The notes: generated by a model from the sequence alone, not told the origin. DNA of 64,000 nt from Candidatus Woesearchaeota archaeon (GCA_964406515.1 CAYORV010000001.1:33956-97955), one strand, 5' to 3'. Positions 1-10,259 are shown, counted from the stretch's first letter. Program-made: numbers and translations.

Positions 1-2
1 TT

Positions 3-266
3 ATCGCAATTTATCCTATCGCCACCTTGGTCGCACAGATACCTATCACCATTAGTGGATTGGGTACAAGGGAAGCCACCTTGATTGGATTATTTGGATT
101 ATTTGGGATTGAGGCTGTCAAAATCTTTTCAATGTCCATCATAGGTTTATTTATAATGGCTATTATTCCTTCATTGATAATTATCCCTTTTATATTGAAA
201 GAGAGAAATAAAAATGAAATACACAAAATCAAAGAAAGCAGACGAAAAAGTAGAGAAGGATCTTGA
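3..266 (+). CDS. Lysylphosphatidylglycerol synthase TM-domain / UPF0104 flippase-like protein, 5'-partial
   Basis: Frame is open from the window start; motif QIPITISGLGTREA followed by hydrophobic helices is typical of this family's C-terminus. Confidence 0.75.
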   Translation: MAIYPIATLVAQIPITISGLGTREATLIGLFGLFGIEAVKIFSMSIIGLFIMAIIPSLIIIPFILKERNKNEIHKIKESRRKSREGS

Positions 267-1416
267 AATAATTAAGAAGATACTTGTTGAAGAATTAAAA
301 CCTATTTCCATTGTACTTTTTGGGGGTTTTGGAAGAGGTGAAGGAAGTTATGAAACTGTTGGTGGAAATATTGTTCCATTAAACGATTATGATCTTTATG
401 TTGTTACAAAGAAAGAAATTTCTGATAAGGAATTAGAAAGGGTTGGGATGTTATGTTCTAAAGCAATTGAAAGGGGTGGGGGGGAATTTGTTGAAAATTT
501 TAGAGATGGAATTTATGATAAGAATAAATTCTTTCATGTGGATTTGAGATGGCTTAATTATTCTAAGCTTGGAAAAATGAGAAGAATCAATCGGACTTAT
601 GAATTAAAACATGGTAGTACGGTTATTTATGGAGAAAATATTAAAGAAAAAATAAATGATATTTCTGTTCCCTTGTCAGAAGCTTTTCGTTATTTGATAA
701 ATCCTGCTTGTCATCTTTTGTTGGTTATGGACGAGCGAAGATTAAAGGGTGAATGGAAAAAAGATGAGGAGTTTTACGCTCAACACCATATTGTCAAAAC
801 ATATTTGGCCATAGCTTCTTCTCTTATTATTTCTGAAAGAAGTTTTAAACCAAATTATACAGAGACTGTAAAAGAATTTTCCAGATTGTATGAGAAGGAA
901 TTTCCCGGATTAGTAAAAAAAGTTGAAGAAGCTTTAAAATTGAAAACAGAATCTCGAAAAGATTTGAAAAATATTGGGAAAAGATGGTTTGATGCTAGGG
1001 ATGATTTGATTTTTGCCTTAAAGTATATTTCAAAGAAACATTTAAACATTAAAGAAACTGAACTTAAGAAATTAATAAAAAAATTATATAAAAAACTTCC
1101 TTATGTTTATTTTGCTCCTTATCTTCCTCTTCCCAGATTTCTTGCAAAGCTTGCTTTTCCTTCGCAATATTTTTTAAATATAATTTATGCTAAAAGGTCT
1201 AAATTTTTTAGAGTTTTATTGAATTGGAAGGACGTTGGTTTAAGGATAGCACTATCTGCTTTTCTTTTACTTTATGCTAAAGATGACGAAAAATTGCTTG
1301 ATGAAAGTTATTCTTATATCAAAACTTTTGCTCCAATTAAGAGTAAAACTTGGGAAAATTTAAGAATGGCTTTATTGTACTCGTTTGATAGATATTATTC
1401 GCAAAAATTAATTTAA
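214..1416 (+). CDS. Pol-beta-superfamily nucleotidyltransferase-domain protein
   Basis: LFGGFGRGEG...NDYDLYVV (GS/GG plus DxD) motif, then a helical C-terminal region. Confidence 0.65.
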   Translation: MKYTKSKKADEKVEKDLEIIKKILVEELKPISIVLFGGFGRGEGSYETVGGNIVPLNDYDLYVVTKKEISDKELERVGMLCSKAIERGGGEFVENFRDGIYDKNKFFHVDLRWLNYSKLGKMRRINRTYELKHGSTVIYGENIKEKINDISVPLSEAFRYLINPACHLLLVMDERRLKGEWKKDEEFYAQHHIVKTYLAIASSLIISERSFKPNYTETVKEFSRLYEKEFPGLVKKVEEALKLKTESRKDLKNIGKRWFDARDDLIFALKYISKKHLNIKETELKKLIKKLYKKLPYVYFAPYLPLPRFLAKLAFPSQYFLNIIYAKRSKFFRVLLNWKDVGLRIALSAFLLLYAKDDEKLLDESYSYIKTFAPIKSKTWENLRMALLYSFDRYYSQKLI

Positions 1417-1417
1417 A

Positions 1418-2506
1418 ATGTTATGTATTTTTATAGACGCCTTAAATCCATCATACCTTAAGCATATGCCTTTTTTGAATTCCTTGAGGGAAAATTCGTT
1501 GCATGGATTTCTTGAAGTTCCTTTGGGATATACTGGAATTATTGCATCTTTTATGACTGGTGTGTGGCCGGATAAACACAAAATATTTGATTTGTTTGTT
1601 CCAGATAAAGAAATAAAGAAAAAAATAAAGAACAAGTATTTGCTCGCAGCGATGAGATTATTGCAAGATAAGAGACTTTTTTATACGCCTTCAAAACTAA
1701 AAGCAATGGATTATTTTAAACCTAGTTTGAATAAAAATTGGGCTCAGAAGGATTGTCTTTCTTATCCTACTATTTTTGATTTTTTAGAAAAAAGCGGAAA
1801 AAGTTTTGAAGTTATAGATTGGCCAAATCATTTCAAAAATAGAAAAGCAAACATCCTTTTTTCAAAATCTTATCCTTCTGCATTAAAATTAGTAAAAAAA
1901 TCAAAAGCAGATTTTACTTTTGTTCATTTTTTAGATTTAGAAGTAGCTCATAAATTTGGGGTGGAATCTAAGGAAGTGATAAGAACAGCTAGAGAAATCG
2001 ATAATGCAGTTAAACAACTTTATGAAAAAGATGAAGATATTCTTATATTCTCTGACCATGGTATGGAAGATATTAAAAAAGAAGTGAATATTTTATTAGA
2101 AATTAAAAAATTGGGATTGAAATTTGGTGATGATTTTATATATATCATTGGTTCCACAACAGTGGAATTTTGGTTTAAGAACAAATATTCTGAAGAAAAG
2201 ATAATAAATATGTTGGAGAAATTAAATTACGGGAAGATTATAGATAAAAAAGAATTTCATATTGATACTGATTCTAATATTATTTTTTTGGCTAACTTAG
2301 GAATAGGATTTTATCCCAATTTTTTTTCTAGTCAACATTTTAAAGCTATGCACGGTTGGAATCCAAAAATTCAGAGAACCTATTATGTTTTAAAAAATCC
2401 TTTTAAAAAAGGTAGAAAAAATGCTAGGATGGTTGACTTCTTTCCTACAATTCTAAAGATAATGAATATTCCTGGAGCAGAATGTGATGGAAAATCAATC
2501 ATATAA
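1418..2506 (+). CDS. Alkaline phosphatase superfamily (type I phosphodiesterase/NPP-like) protein
   Basis: IFIDAL, SFMTGxxPxxH, FSDHGM and MHGW metal-ligand motifs. Confidence 0.8.
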   Translation: MLCIFIDALNPSYLKHMPFLNSLRENSLHGFLEVPLGYTGIIASFMTGVWPDKHKIFDLFVPDKEIKKKIKNKYLLAAMRLLQDKRLFYTPSKLKAMDYFKPSLNKNWAQKDCLSYPTIFDFLEKSGKSFEVIDWPNHFKNRKANILFSKSYPSALKLVKKSKADFTFVHFLDLEVAHKFGVESKEVIRTAREIDNAVKQLYEKDEDILIFSDHGMEDIKKEVNILLEIKKLGLKFGDDFIYIIGSTTVEFWFKNKYSEEKIINMLEKLNYGKIIDKKEFHIDTDSNIIFLANLGIGFYPNFFSSQHFKAMHGWNPKIQRTYYVLKNPFKKGRKNARMVDFFPTILKIMNIPGAECDGKSII

Positions 2507-2508
2507 AA

Positions 2509-3033
2509 ATGGAAAATAACAAACTAGATGATACCTATAGTAGTGCAAATCCTTTAACTAAAGCTTATTTTAAAACCAAAGTTTGGCTGGCTATCAAAAT
2601 GGCTAAACTTTCAAAAAAAGACATAATTCTAGATTTTGGATGTGGGGGAGGATGGTTAGAAAAAAAATTGCAAAACTACAAAATTTATGGATATGATTCA
2701 AATCCGGAAAAAACATTCATTAAAAATTATAAAATTATAAATCCCACAAAAATTTTTGTTTTGGATGTTTTTGAGCACATCCCTCAAAATGAAATAAAAA
2801 AAATAATAAATGAATTTAAAAAATTAAATTCCAAATTTGAAATTATTGTTTCTATTCCTACTGAAAATTTTATTTCGAGAAAAATACGAAAATTTGTTGG
2901 AAAAGATGAAATTCCAAAAGAACACATTACAAAATATAAAGAAATCTTAGAAATATTGAAAAGTAATTTTAAAATAAAAAGGAAGATTAACTTTTTTACT
3001 GTAAGTCATATATTTTTATTTGAACACTCATGA
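2509..3033 (+). CDS. Class I SAM-dependent methyltransferase
   Basis: ILDFGCGGG motif I; LDVFEHI; VSIP. Confidence 0.8.
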   Translation: MENNKLDDTYSSANPLTKAYFKTKVWLAIKMAKLSKKDIILDFGCGGGWLEKKLQNYKIYGYDSNPEKTFIKNYKIINPTKIFVLDVFEHIPQNEIKKIINEFKKLNSKFEIIVSIPTENFISRKIRKFVGKDEIPKEHITKYKEILEILKSNFKIKRKINFFTVSHIFLFEHS

Positions 3034-4602
3034 AAAGTTTGATTCAAAAATAATTACTACTGGTTGTTCTCCTTGATTATATACTTGAACTGATTTCCAA
3101 AGGCTATTGTTTTGCAGATAATCTGTTACCCATTCTTCATGAGATTGGAAAACAGACCAAACTAAATATCTTGGTTTCACATCTTCCACATATGCATAAA
3201 ATTCTTCTTCAGAACAAGCAGGTTTATGATCTTCTGGACCATTATAACAATTATTGAACGTCGTTACTTTTCTTTCAGAATAATAAGATATTTGCGGGAA
3301 GGAATTAGTTATAACTCTGTCTCCTGGTTGGGAATTTGCTTTTATCCACTCTCCAGCAGGTTTAAGTTCATAATAAGACATTTTCTTATTTTCTGTTAAT
3401 TGATTTGCCCATAAAAGATTGGGTATAAGGGCTAAAATGAAAATAATCAAGATCAAAATAGCCATAATTTTTTTGTTAATCTTAAGATGTTTTTTGATTA
3501 ATCCTCCTATCTTGAACAAAGATATAATTGCTATTAAAAATAAAAAAGGATGCTGAGCCAGAGTGTATCTTTGTTCTGCAATTCCATTAACTCCGCCAAG
3601 ATATCCTAAAAATAAAAATGGAACAACTATCCATAAAAAAATAAAGAATTTCTTTTGAATTTTTTTATTTTTAAATATTTTATCAAATCCCAAAAAAAGA
3701 TCTGCGAAAAAATAAGGTATTCCGATTAAAAACAAAATTAATATGGGTTTAGTCAAATTATATGATAAATCCTTGAAATAGATTAGAACATTGGAAAAAT
3801 CTCGTTTTGCAACAGTTAATGCTGTTTCAGATTTAACACCAAAGATATATGACATTATATCTACCACCGGATTTCCAAAATGTTGAGAATACATGATAAC
3901 GAGGGGCAATAAAATTAGAGCAAATATGCCAAGTGCTATCCACAATGGCTTATTTTTTAATAATTTTAATTTGTCTTTTATGAACATAAAAAGTAAAAAA
4001 ATTGGAGCAAAAATCCAATTCTGCATTCTTGTTAAAATTGCAAGAGCAAAGAAAATTGCAAAGAGATAAATAAATTTGTTTCCTTGTTTAAGTTCGTATC
4101 CTTTCCAAAAAAATAGTAGACTTAACAGAATAAAAAAAGTTGAGGGAATTGAAGTCATTGGCCTTCCAGTGAAAAAAAGAGATACCCAAGACAAAGATAA
4201 TCCAATGCAGGCATAGAGAGCATATTTTTTGTTAAACATGTTTTTTATTAAGAAATATGAAACTGCTACTATCCCTGTAGAAAATAATACTGTAACAAAT
4301 CGAATGGTTGCGTCTCCTAACCCAATTCTAAAGAAAAGTGAACCTAAAAACGGCCATAAAAACCCCCTACGATAATACCAAATATCGCTCATCTCTCCAA
4401 TCCCTGCCCAATATTTTGCAGTAGACATATATTCTGCAGCGTCAAACCACATTGCTTGATCTTTTGTTGCTATGAAAACTAAAATCCTTATTATAAAAGC
4501 AGCCAATAATACTATAAGAAAAGCTTTGTCATAATTATTTTTTACCCATCCAAAAATATTTTTTTTAATCCAATTTTTTCTTTTTTCTAAAAATTCTTCC
4601 AT
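3028..4602 (-). CDS. GT-C fold membrane glycosyltransferase (GT39/ArnT/PMT-like)
   Basis: First TM followed by WFDAAEY acidic motif; about 12 TM helices; EQRY motif; extracellular C-terminal domain. Confidence 0.75.
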   Translation of the reverse strand: MEEFLEKRKNWIKKNIFGWVKNNYDKAFLIVLLAAFIIRILVFIATKDQAMWFDAAEYMSTAKYWAGIGEMSDIWYYRRGFLWPFLGSLFFRIGLGDATIRFVTVLFSTGIVAVSYFLIKNMFNKKYALYACIGLSLSWVSLFFTGRPMTSIPSTFFILLSLLFFWKGYELKQGNKFIYLFAIFFALAILTRMQNWIFAPIFLLFMFIKDKLKLLKNKPLWIALGIFALILLPLVIMYSQHFGNPVVDIMSYIFGVKSETALTVAKRDFSNVLIYFKDLSYNLTKPILILFLIGIPYFFADLFLGFDKIFKNKKIQKKFFIFLWIVVPFLFLGYLGGVNGIAEQRYTLAQHPFLFLIAIISLFKIGGLIKKHLKINKKIMAILILIIFILALIPNLLWANQLTENKKMSYYELKPAGEWIKANSQPGDRVITNSFPQISYYSERKVTTFNNCYNGPEDHKPACSEEEFYAYVEDVKPRYLVWSVFQSHEEWVTDYLQNNSLWKSVQVYNQGEQPVVIIFESNFS

Positions 4603-4642
4603 GATTAGTTTTGGGGAAAAGGGTTTTTATTTGTTATTGTGA

Positions 4643-5671
4643 TTATAAATCTATGAACGTCTCTTTATTTGTTCCTGGACAATCTTTACAAAGTGGGATT
4701 TCTTTTTTATTTTTTAGAATCATCTTCCTAAAATTTGTATATTTTTGATTATTCCAAATTTCTTTGATTGGACTTTTGAATGCATTTCCAAAAACAAAAA
4801 GATTGTTCATATCAAAACAACATGGGACTACTGTTCCATCCCAATTTATTACTATTTCTTCCCAAATAAAATCACACCAATTTTTTACCTTAACTTTTGA
4901 TTTCACTCCCTCTTCTTGGATTTCATATCTTGAGTATTTTTTGTTTGTTGGAATGTATTTTTTTATATCCTTTTTAGAAAAATAATCCATAATCCCCACT
5001 GTTTTGAAAACCAATTCATCTATGCCTATTTTTTTTGCAAGAAATTTTATTTTGTTAATCTCATGTTCATTGTGTTTCATAATTATAAATTGTAACTTGA
5101 TATAAGGAGATTTTTTATTCAGTCTCTTTTTTTCTTCTACTAAAAGTTTTATTGATTCTATAATCTTGTTAAAATCCCCTCCTTTTCTATATTTTTTGTA
5201 AGTTTCTTCAGAGGCCCCATCTAAGGAGATTATTAATTCGTCTAAACCAGATTTGATTAAGTTCTTTGCTATTTCATCATTTAAAAAATAACTATTGGTA
5301 CTTAGGTTGGTGAATATTTTCTTTTCTTTAGCATAGGCAATCATTTTGAAAATATCTTTATTCAATAAAGGCTCACCCCAATTCCACATTCTTAGATGGA
5401 TTACATAATCTGCCATTTCATCAATTATTTTCTTAAAATTTGGGAAGGTTAGGAAACCTTTTGCTCGTTTCACTAAACCAGCCCCCGTTGGACACAAAGG
5501 ACATTTAAGATTACAGATGTTTGTTGGTTCAATCATTATTGTCGTGGGATATCCTTTGATTTTAGAAAGTTTTAGATATTTTGAAACATTTATCATAATA
5601 AGATTCATTAATCTTTTCTTACTAAAAAGGACGTATTTTAAAAAATAATTTATTTTTCTTTTTAATTTCAT
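4643..5671 (-). CDS. Radical SAM/SPASM-domain protein
   Basis: CNLKCPLC; WGEPLL; C-terminal C...VVPCC...CKDC. Confidence 0.9.
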   Translation of the reverse strand: MKLKRKINYFLKYVLFSKKRLMNLIMINVSKYLKLSKIKGYPTTIMIEPTNICNLKCPLCPTGAGLVKRAKGFLTFPNFKKIIDEMADYVIHLRMWNWGEPLLNKDIFKMIAYAKEKKIFTNLSTNSYFLNDEIAKNLIKSGLDELIISLDGASEETYKKYRKGGDFNKIIESIKLLVEEKKRLNKKSPYIKLQFIIMKHNEHEINKIKFLAKKIGIDELVFKTVGIMDYFSKKDIKKYIPTNKKYSRYEIQEEGVKSKVKVKNWCDFIWEEIVINWDGTVVPCCFDMNNLFVFGNAFKSPIKEIWNNQKYTNFRKMILKNKKEIPLCKDCPGTNKETFIDL

Positions 5672-6588
5672 TTTTTATAATCCAAGGTTTTTGTTGATTC
5701 TGAACGAGACCATTGTGCAACATATGTGGTTTTTTTAATTTTTATTTCATAAAATGTTTTTAACCAAACATATAATCTTGGAGGATATAATAAAAAAGTC
5801 CAATAAAACTCCTTTATAGTCTTAGGGAAAGAAAGTGCAAAAGAAAATCCGTAGAAAATTTCATTGATTAAGGACTTTTGTTTAATTTCTTTTGAGGTAA
5901 CATACTTGTTCATAGCTTCATGAGATTTTGCAGAACGAACTTTTTGTTTTACCCAATCAGAAAAATTTCGTGGGTACATCACATATACTTTTGCATTTGG
6001 TTGGTAGATATTTTTATAACCTTTTTGTATAATCAAATAAGGGATTATTGCATCTTCTGCAACATCATTTGGGATTTCTTTCAAAAGATTATTTTTCATT
6101 GCTAAAAGGTTCGCACATTGTTCTACAAATTTTCCCTTGTGAAATCGCATTTCCCTTAATTTATGGGCTGCGTTTGTTAGAAGGTGTGCCCAAAATCCAA
6201 AAATATTGTCTCGATTATTTTGTGGACAAGGTTTTCCACCAACACATCCAACAGAGGGGTCTTCAAATTCTTTCAAAATTATTTTAATAGCATCTTTTTC
6301 AACAAATTTATTTCCATCTGTCCAAATTAAAATTTCCCCTTTAGCTAATTTAAGAATTTTGTTCATTAATTTATTTTTGTCAGGGTCGTCTTGTTTAACA
6401 TAACGAATTATAGAAGGATATCTCTTTTTGTAATCCATTATTACTTTTTTTGTGGGTTCATCAGGACAAGCCACGATAAGTTCAAATTTTTCATTGAAAT
6501 CCTCTTGATTAAGAAGTCGTTTAATACACTCGTTTGTTGATTTTGGGTCGTTATATGCTGTAACAATTAGTGAAATCATTTCAGTCAT
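5668..6588 (-). CDS. Glycosyltransferase family 2
   Basis: ISLIVTAYN; WTDGN at the DxD position; AED; QKVRS (QxxRW-like); paralog of 12545..13435. Confidence 0.8.
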   Translation of the reverse strand: MTEMISLIVTAYNDPKSTNECIKRLLNQEDFNEKFELIVACPDEPTKKVIMDYKKRYPSIIRYVKQDDPDKNKLMNKILKLAKGEILIWTDGNKFVEKDAIKIILKEFEDPSVGCVGGKPCPQNNRDNIFGFWAHLLTNAAHKLREMRFHKGKFVEQCANLLAMKNNLLKEIPNDVAEDAIIPYLIIQKGYKNIYQPNAKVYVMYPRNFSDWVKQKVRSAKSHEAMNKYVTSKEIKQKSLINEIFYGFSFALSFPKTIKEFYWTFLLYPPRLYVWLKTFYEIKIKKTTYVAQWSRSESTKTLDYKK

Positions 6589-6683
6589 AATCAGACTGTT
6601 TTTAAAAGGTTTATGAAGGTTAAACAGATGATATAGAGTTTATCTACAAAATTCTTATAAAGTGAGGTCTATAAATAATAAGA

Positions 6684-7430
6684 ATGAGAGCAATTTTACT
6701 TTCTGCTGGAAGGGGGGAAAGATTAAAACCCTTAACAGATACTATGCCAAAAGTCATGATTCCAATAAATGGTAAGCCACTTCTTCAATATTGGATAGAA
6801 TTTTTGAAGAAATATGGAATTGAAGAGATAGCAATTAATGTATGGTACCTGGGCGAACAAATAATGAATTATTTTGGAGATGGTTCTAAATTTGGTGTAA
6901 AGATAAAATACTCAAAAGAAGAAGCTCTTCTTGGAACAGCTACGCCCATTAAAAGGATTGAAGAATTATATCCTGGGTTTTGTTCAGAAGATAAATTTTT
7001 GGTAATTTATGCAGATAATTTAACAGATATGGATTTGAAAAAAGTTTTTGAATTTCATGAATTACATAAACCTCTTGTTACATTAACTTTGCATAAACAT
7101 GATGAACCTTGGACAAGAGGGATTGTTAGCACAACAGAAGAAGGTAAAGTTACAGGTTTTATAGAAAAACCACAAAAAGAAGATATTTTATCTGGAAAAT
7201 ATCCTGGAGAATCTGCATCATGTGTTTATATTCTTGAGCCAGGCGTATTAAAATATTTGAAAGATGAGAAAGAAGACCTTGGGACAGATTTGTTCCCTCG
7301 ATTATTGGAAAATAATTGCGAATTATATGCTTTTAATCCTCATGCATGTGTAATGGATACTGGAACCTCAGAAAGATATAAAAGAGCAAAAAAAGAAGTT
7401 GCAGAAAATCCTGAGAGGTTTAATTTCTAA
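6684..7430 (+). CDS. Sugar-1-phosphate nucleotidyltransferase (HddC/GMPP-like)
   Basis: LSAGRGERLKPLTDTMPK; LGTA; FIEKP; upstream of heptose kinase and isomerase genes. Confidence 0.85.
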   Translation: MRAILLSAGRGERLKPLTDTMPKVMIPINGKPLLQYWIEFLKKYGIEEIAINVWYLGEQIMNYFGDGSKFGVKIKYSKEEALLGTATPIKRIEELYPGFCSEDKFLVIYADNLTDMDLKKVFEFHELHKPLVTLTLHKHDEPWTRGIVSTTEEGKVTGFIEKPQKEDILSGKYPGESASCVYILEPGVLKYLKDEKEDLGTDLFPRLLENNCELYAFNPHACVMDTGTSERYKRAKKEVAENPERFNF

Positions 7431-7492
7431 CTATAAAATATATATTTTCTCTTCATAATCCTTAAAAAAGAATTATATTTTATAAAAAAGAG

Positions 7493-9217
7493 ATGATAAT
7501 ATCAAGAACACCTTACAGAGTTGATTTGATTGGAGATGGCACAGATATCGGAAGTTTTTGTAATAAAGAAAGAGGGTGTATTGTTAATGCAACTATTCAA
7601 AAATATATTTATGTTATTGTTCATCCTTCAAAAGATAAAAAGATTAATGTTAGTTGCGGAGGAGAAACAGAAATAGTTGGTAATGTAGAAGAATTAAAAA
7701 ATGGCCGTGTGAAGGAAGCGATGAAAATGGTGGGGGTTTTTGGAGGAATTGAGATTCATTCTATTGCAGATGCGCAAACAGGGACAGGTCTTGGAGGTTC
7801 AAGTTCTTTTACTGTGGGAGTGTTAAATGCTCTCCATAAATACAAGGGAGAAGAAGTAACCCAAGAAGTATTAGCAAAAGAAGCATCTCAAGTAGAAATT
7901 GACATTTTAAAAGAACCAATAGGAAGGCAGGACCAATATGCTGCTGCTTATGGGGGATTTAATCAAATGGAATTTGTTAATGAAAAAGTAGTTGTTTCAA
8001 AATTAATAAATAATTTAGAATTAAAAAAAGAGGTAGAGGAAAAAATGATGATGTTTTCTCTTGGTGAAGATAGGTCGGCCACTTCAATTCTCTCAGAACA
8101 AAATAAAGAAATGCAAACAAATCAGAGAGTTTTTGATGCTATGAGGGATATGAGGAACCTTGCAGATTATTCTTCTTTTGAAATTAAAAGTGGGGAAATT
8201 GAAAATTTTGGGAAATTTTTGCAAAAAAATTGGAATCTTAAAAAAGAACTTATTCAGAATATAAATAATCCTTCTATTGAAGAATATTATAATCTTGCAA
8301 TAGAAAATGGGGCAGAAGGAGCAAAACTCTCTGGTGCAGGGGGAAGTGGTTTTCTTTTAGTTTATGCTCCCTTAGAAAAACAGGAGAGGATAAGATATGC
8401 TCTTCATGATTTAGAAGAACACAAATTTGAACTTGAAGAAAAAGGAAGTTCAATTATTTATTCTAAAGAAGATGATGGAGAACAATTAACTTTAAATAAA
8501 AATTCCGAGAAAGAAATTAATAATATGGTAAAAGGTATAGCATTTGATTTGGAAGGGACTGTAGTTAATTTAGACCCCCTTCATATTTCTGCGCACTTAG
8601 AAGTTTTTAGAAGGGTTGGATTAAATTTATCTAGTGAAGAGGCTATGGAAAAAATTGAACATTTTATTGGAGGCCCAGATAGTGCAATAATGGAAGATGT
8701 TTACAATTTAGGTTATACTAATATGTCAATTGAAGAAATGGTAAAGTTAGATAAACAATTGTATGAAGAACAACTTAATGTGGCTGAAATTTCTCCTCGT
8801 CCAGGATTTTTAGAATTTCTTGAAAAAATAAAAGAATTGGAAATCCCCTATTCTATAGGTTCATTAACTGCAACTGAACAAGCAGATTTCATCTTAGAAA
8901 AATCTGGGCTCTATAATCATTTTAAGAAAGATAAAATTGTTTTAAAAGAAAATGTGAAAAATCTTAAACCCTCTCCGGATGTTTATTTAGAGACCGCGAG
9001 AAAGATGGGAATTCCCCCAGAAAATCAATTAGTATTTGAAGATTCCCACAATGGAGTAAAAGCTGCATTGGCTGCAGGATCAAAAGTAATTGGGATGCCA
9101 GTTTATCAAACTAAATTTATAATCAATAGATTAAATAAAACCGGAGCACATAAAGTTCTTTTAGGATGGGAAGGGGTGAATATTATTCAACTCTCTGAGG
9201 AAATTTTTAAGCATTAA
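7493..9217 (+). CDS. hddA: D-glycero-alpha-D-manno-heptose-7-phosphate kinase (HddA-like GHMP kinase) fused to a C-terminal HAD phosphatase
   Basis: MIISRTPYR, GTGLGGSS, GRQDQYAAAYGG, GAKLSGAGGSG; HAD domain from about 8525 with FDLEGT, KPSPD and FEDSHNG. Confidence 0.8.
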   Translation: MIISRTPYRVDLIGDGTDIGSFCNKERGCIVNATIQKYIYVIVHPSKDKKINVSCGGETEIVGNVEELKNGRVKEAMKMVGVFGGIEIHSIADAQTGTGLGGSSSFTVGVLNALHKYKGEEVTQEVLAKEASQVEIDILKEPIGRQDQYAAAYGGFNQMEFVNEKVVVSKLINNLELKKEVEEKMMMFSLGEDRSATSILSEQNKEMQTNQRVFDAMRDMRNLADYSSFEIKSGEIENFGKFLQKNWNLKKELIQNINNPSIEEYYNLAIENGAEGAKLSGAGGSGFLLVYAPLEKQERIRYALHDLEEHKFELEEKGSSIIYSKEDDGEQLTLNKNSEKEINNMVKGIAFDLEGTVVNLDPLHISAHLEVFRRVGLNLSSEEAMEKIEHFIGGPDSAIMEDVYNLGYTNMSIEEMVKLDKQLYEEQLNVAEISPRPGFLEFLEKIKELEIPYSIGSLTATEQADFILEKSGLYNHFKKDKIVLKENVKNLKPSPDVYLETARKMGIPPENQLVFEDSHNGVKAALAAGSKVIGMPVYQTKFIINRLNKTGAHKVLLGWEGVNIIQLSEEIFKH

Positions 9218-9242
9218 TAGTAAAAGTAATGTATATAGTATT

Positions 9243-9260
9243 CCTCAACAATCTTTAAAA
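9243..9260 (+). promoter_or_regulatory. Extended TATA promoter motif
   Basis: CCTCAACAATCTTTAAAA, 27 nt before ATG 9288. Confidence 0.65.
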
Positions 9261-9287
9261 GAAAAGAGTATCTAAATAATAAAAAGG

Positions 9288-10259
9288 ATGATAATTTCAA
9301 AAACACCATTGAGGATAAATTTTTCTGGAGGAGCGACAGACTTAAAAGATTATAGGCAGGTTCATGGAGGGGCAGTTCTTAATGTTTCTATTAATCAGTA
9401 TGCATATATTATTGCAAAAGAAAGAGTTGATAATGACCTCTGGTTAAAATATTCAAAAAATGAAATTGTGAAAAATGTAGACCAGGTACAAAATGAAGTA
9501 TGGAAAGAATGCTTGATGGCTACAGGAGTCACTAAAGGGGCAGAGATCGTTGCAATGGCAGATATTCCTAAAGGATTTGGACTTGGAGGATCAAGTGCCT
9601 TTACAGTTGGTTCATTAAATGCCCTTCATGCTTTAACTGGAAAACATAAATCTGGAAAAGAGCTTGCTGAAGAAGCTGTAGAAATTGGGAAAAAGATATC
9701 AAAGGCATATGGGTCTCAAGATTATTATGCTTCATCTCATGGAGGCCTTAATCTTATTGAATTTGGAAAAGAAGAGGGGGTTTTTGTTAATCCAATAATC
9801 ATTCCTCCTTCATTGAAGAAAAGTCTTTCTCAGAATTTGTTATTATTTGACATGAGAACGCAAAAGGCAATAGATCCCTTATCAAATTTAAATACAGGAA
9901 TGCAAACAAATGAAGGAACACTTCATAAAATTAAAGAGATTGTTTATGCTACTAGAGATTCATTGCATTCTTTAGATTTAAGGAGGTTTGGAGAATTATT
10001 ACATGAAAATTGGGAGTATAAAAAGACAGTTCTAAAGAATATCTCTAATTCAGAAATTGATAGATATTATAATCTAGCGAGAGAGGCTGGGGCGATAGGT
10101 GGAAAAATGTGTTGCAGTCCAGAATCTGGAGGATTCTTATTAGTTTATGGGGAACCAGAAAAACAAGACCAAATTAGAGCAGCATTAAATCTTAAGGAAG
10201 TTCCATTTGAATTTGAATCTGGACAATCAGGAAGTAAAATTATTTATGTTGGAGAGTAA
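9288..10259 (+). CDS. Second HddA-like GHMP kinase with a degenerate motif III
   Basis: MIISKTPLRINFSGGATD; PKGFGLGGSS; GGKMCCSPESGG in place of GxKxxGAGGGG. Confidence 0.75.
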   Translation: MIISKTPLRINFSGGATDLKDYRQVHGGAVLNVSINQYAYIIAKERVDNDLWLKYSKNEIVKNVDQVQNEVWKECLMATGVTKGAEIVAMADIPKGFGLGGSSAFTVGSLNALHALTGKHKSGKELAEEAVEIGKKISKAYGSQDYYASSHGGLNLIEFGKEEGVFVNPIIIPPSLKKSLSQNLLLFDMRTQKAIDPLSNLNTGMQTNEGTLHKIKEIVYATRDSLHSLDLRRFGELLHENWEYKKTVLKNISNSEIDRYYNLAREAGAIGGKMCCSPESGGFLLVYGEPEKQDQIRAALNLKEVPFEFESGQSGSKIIYVGE

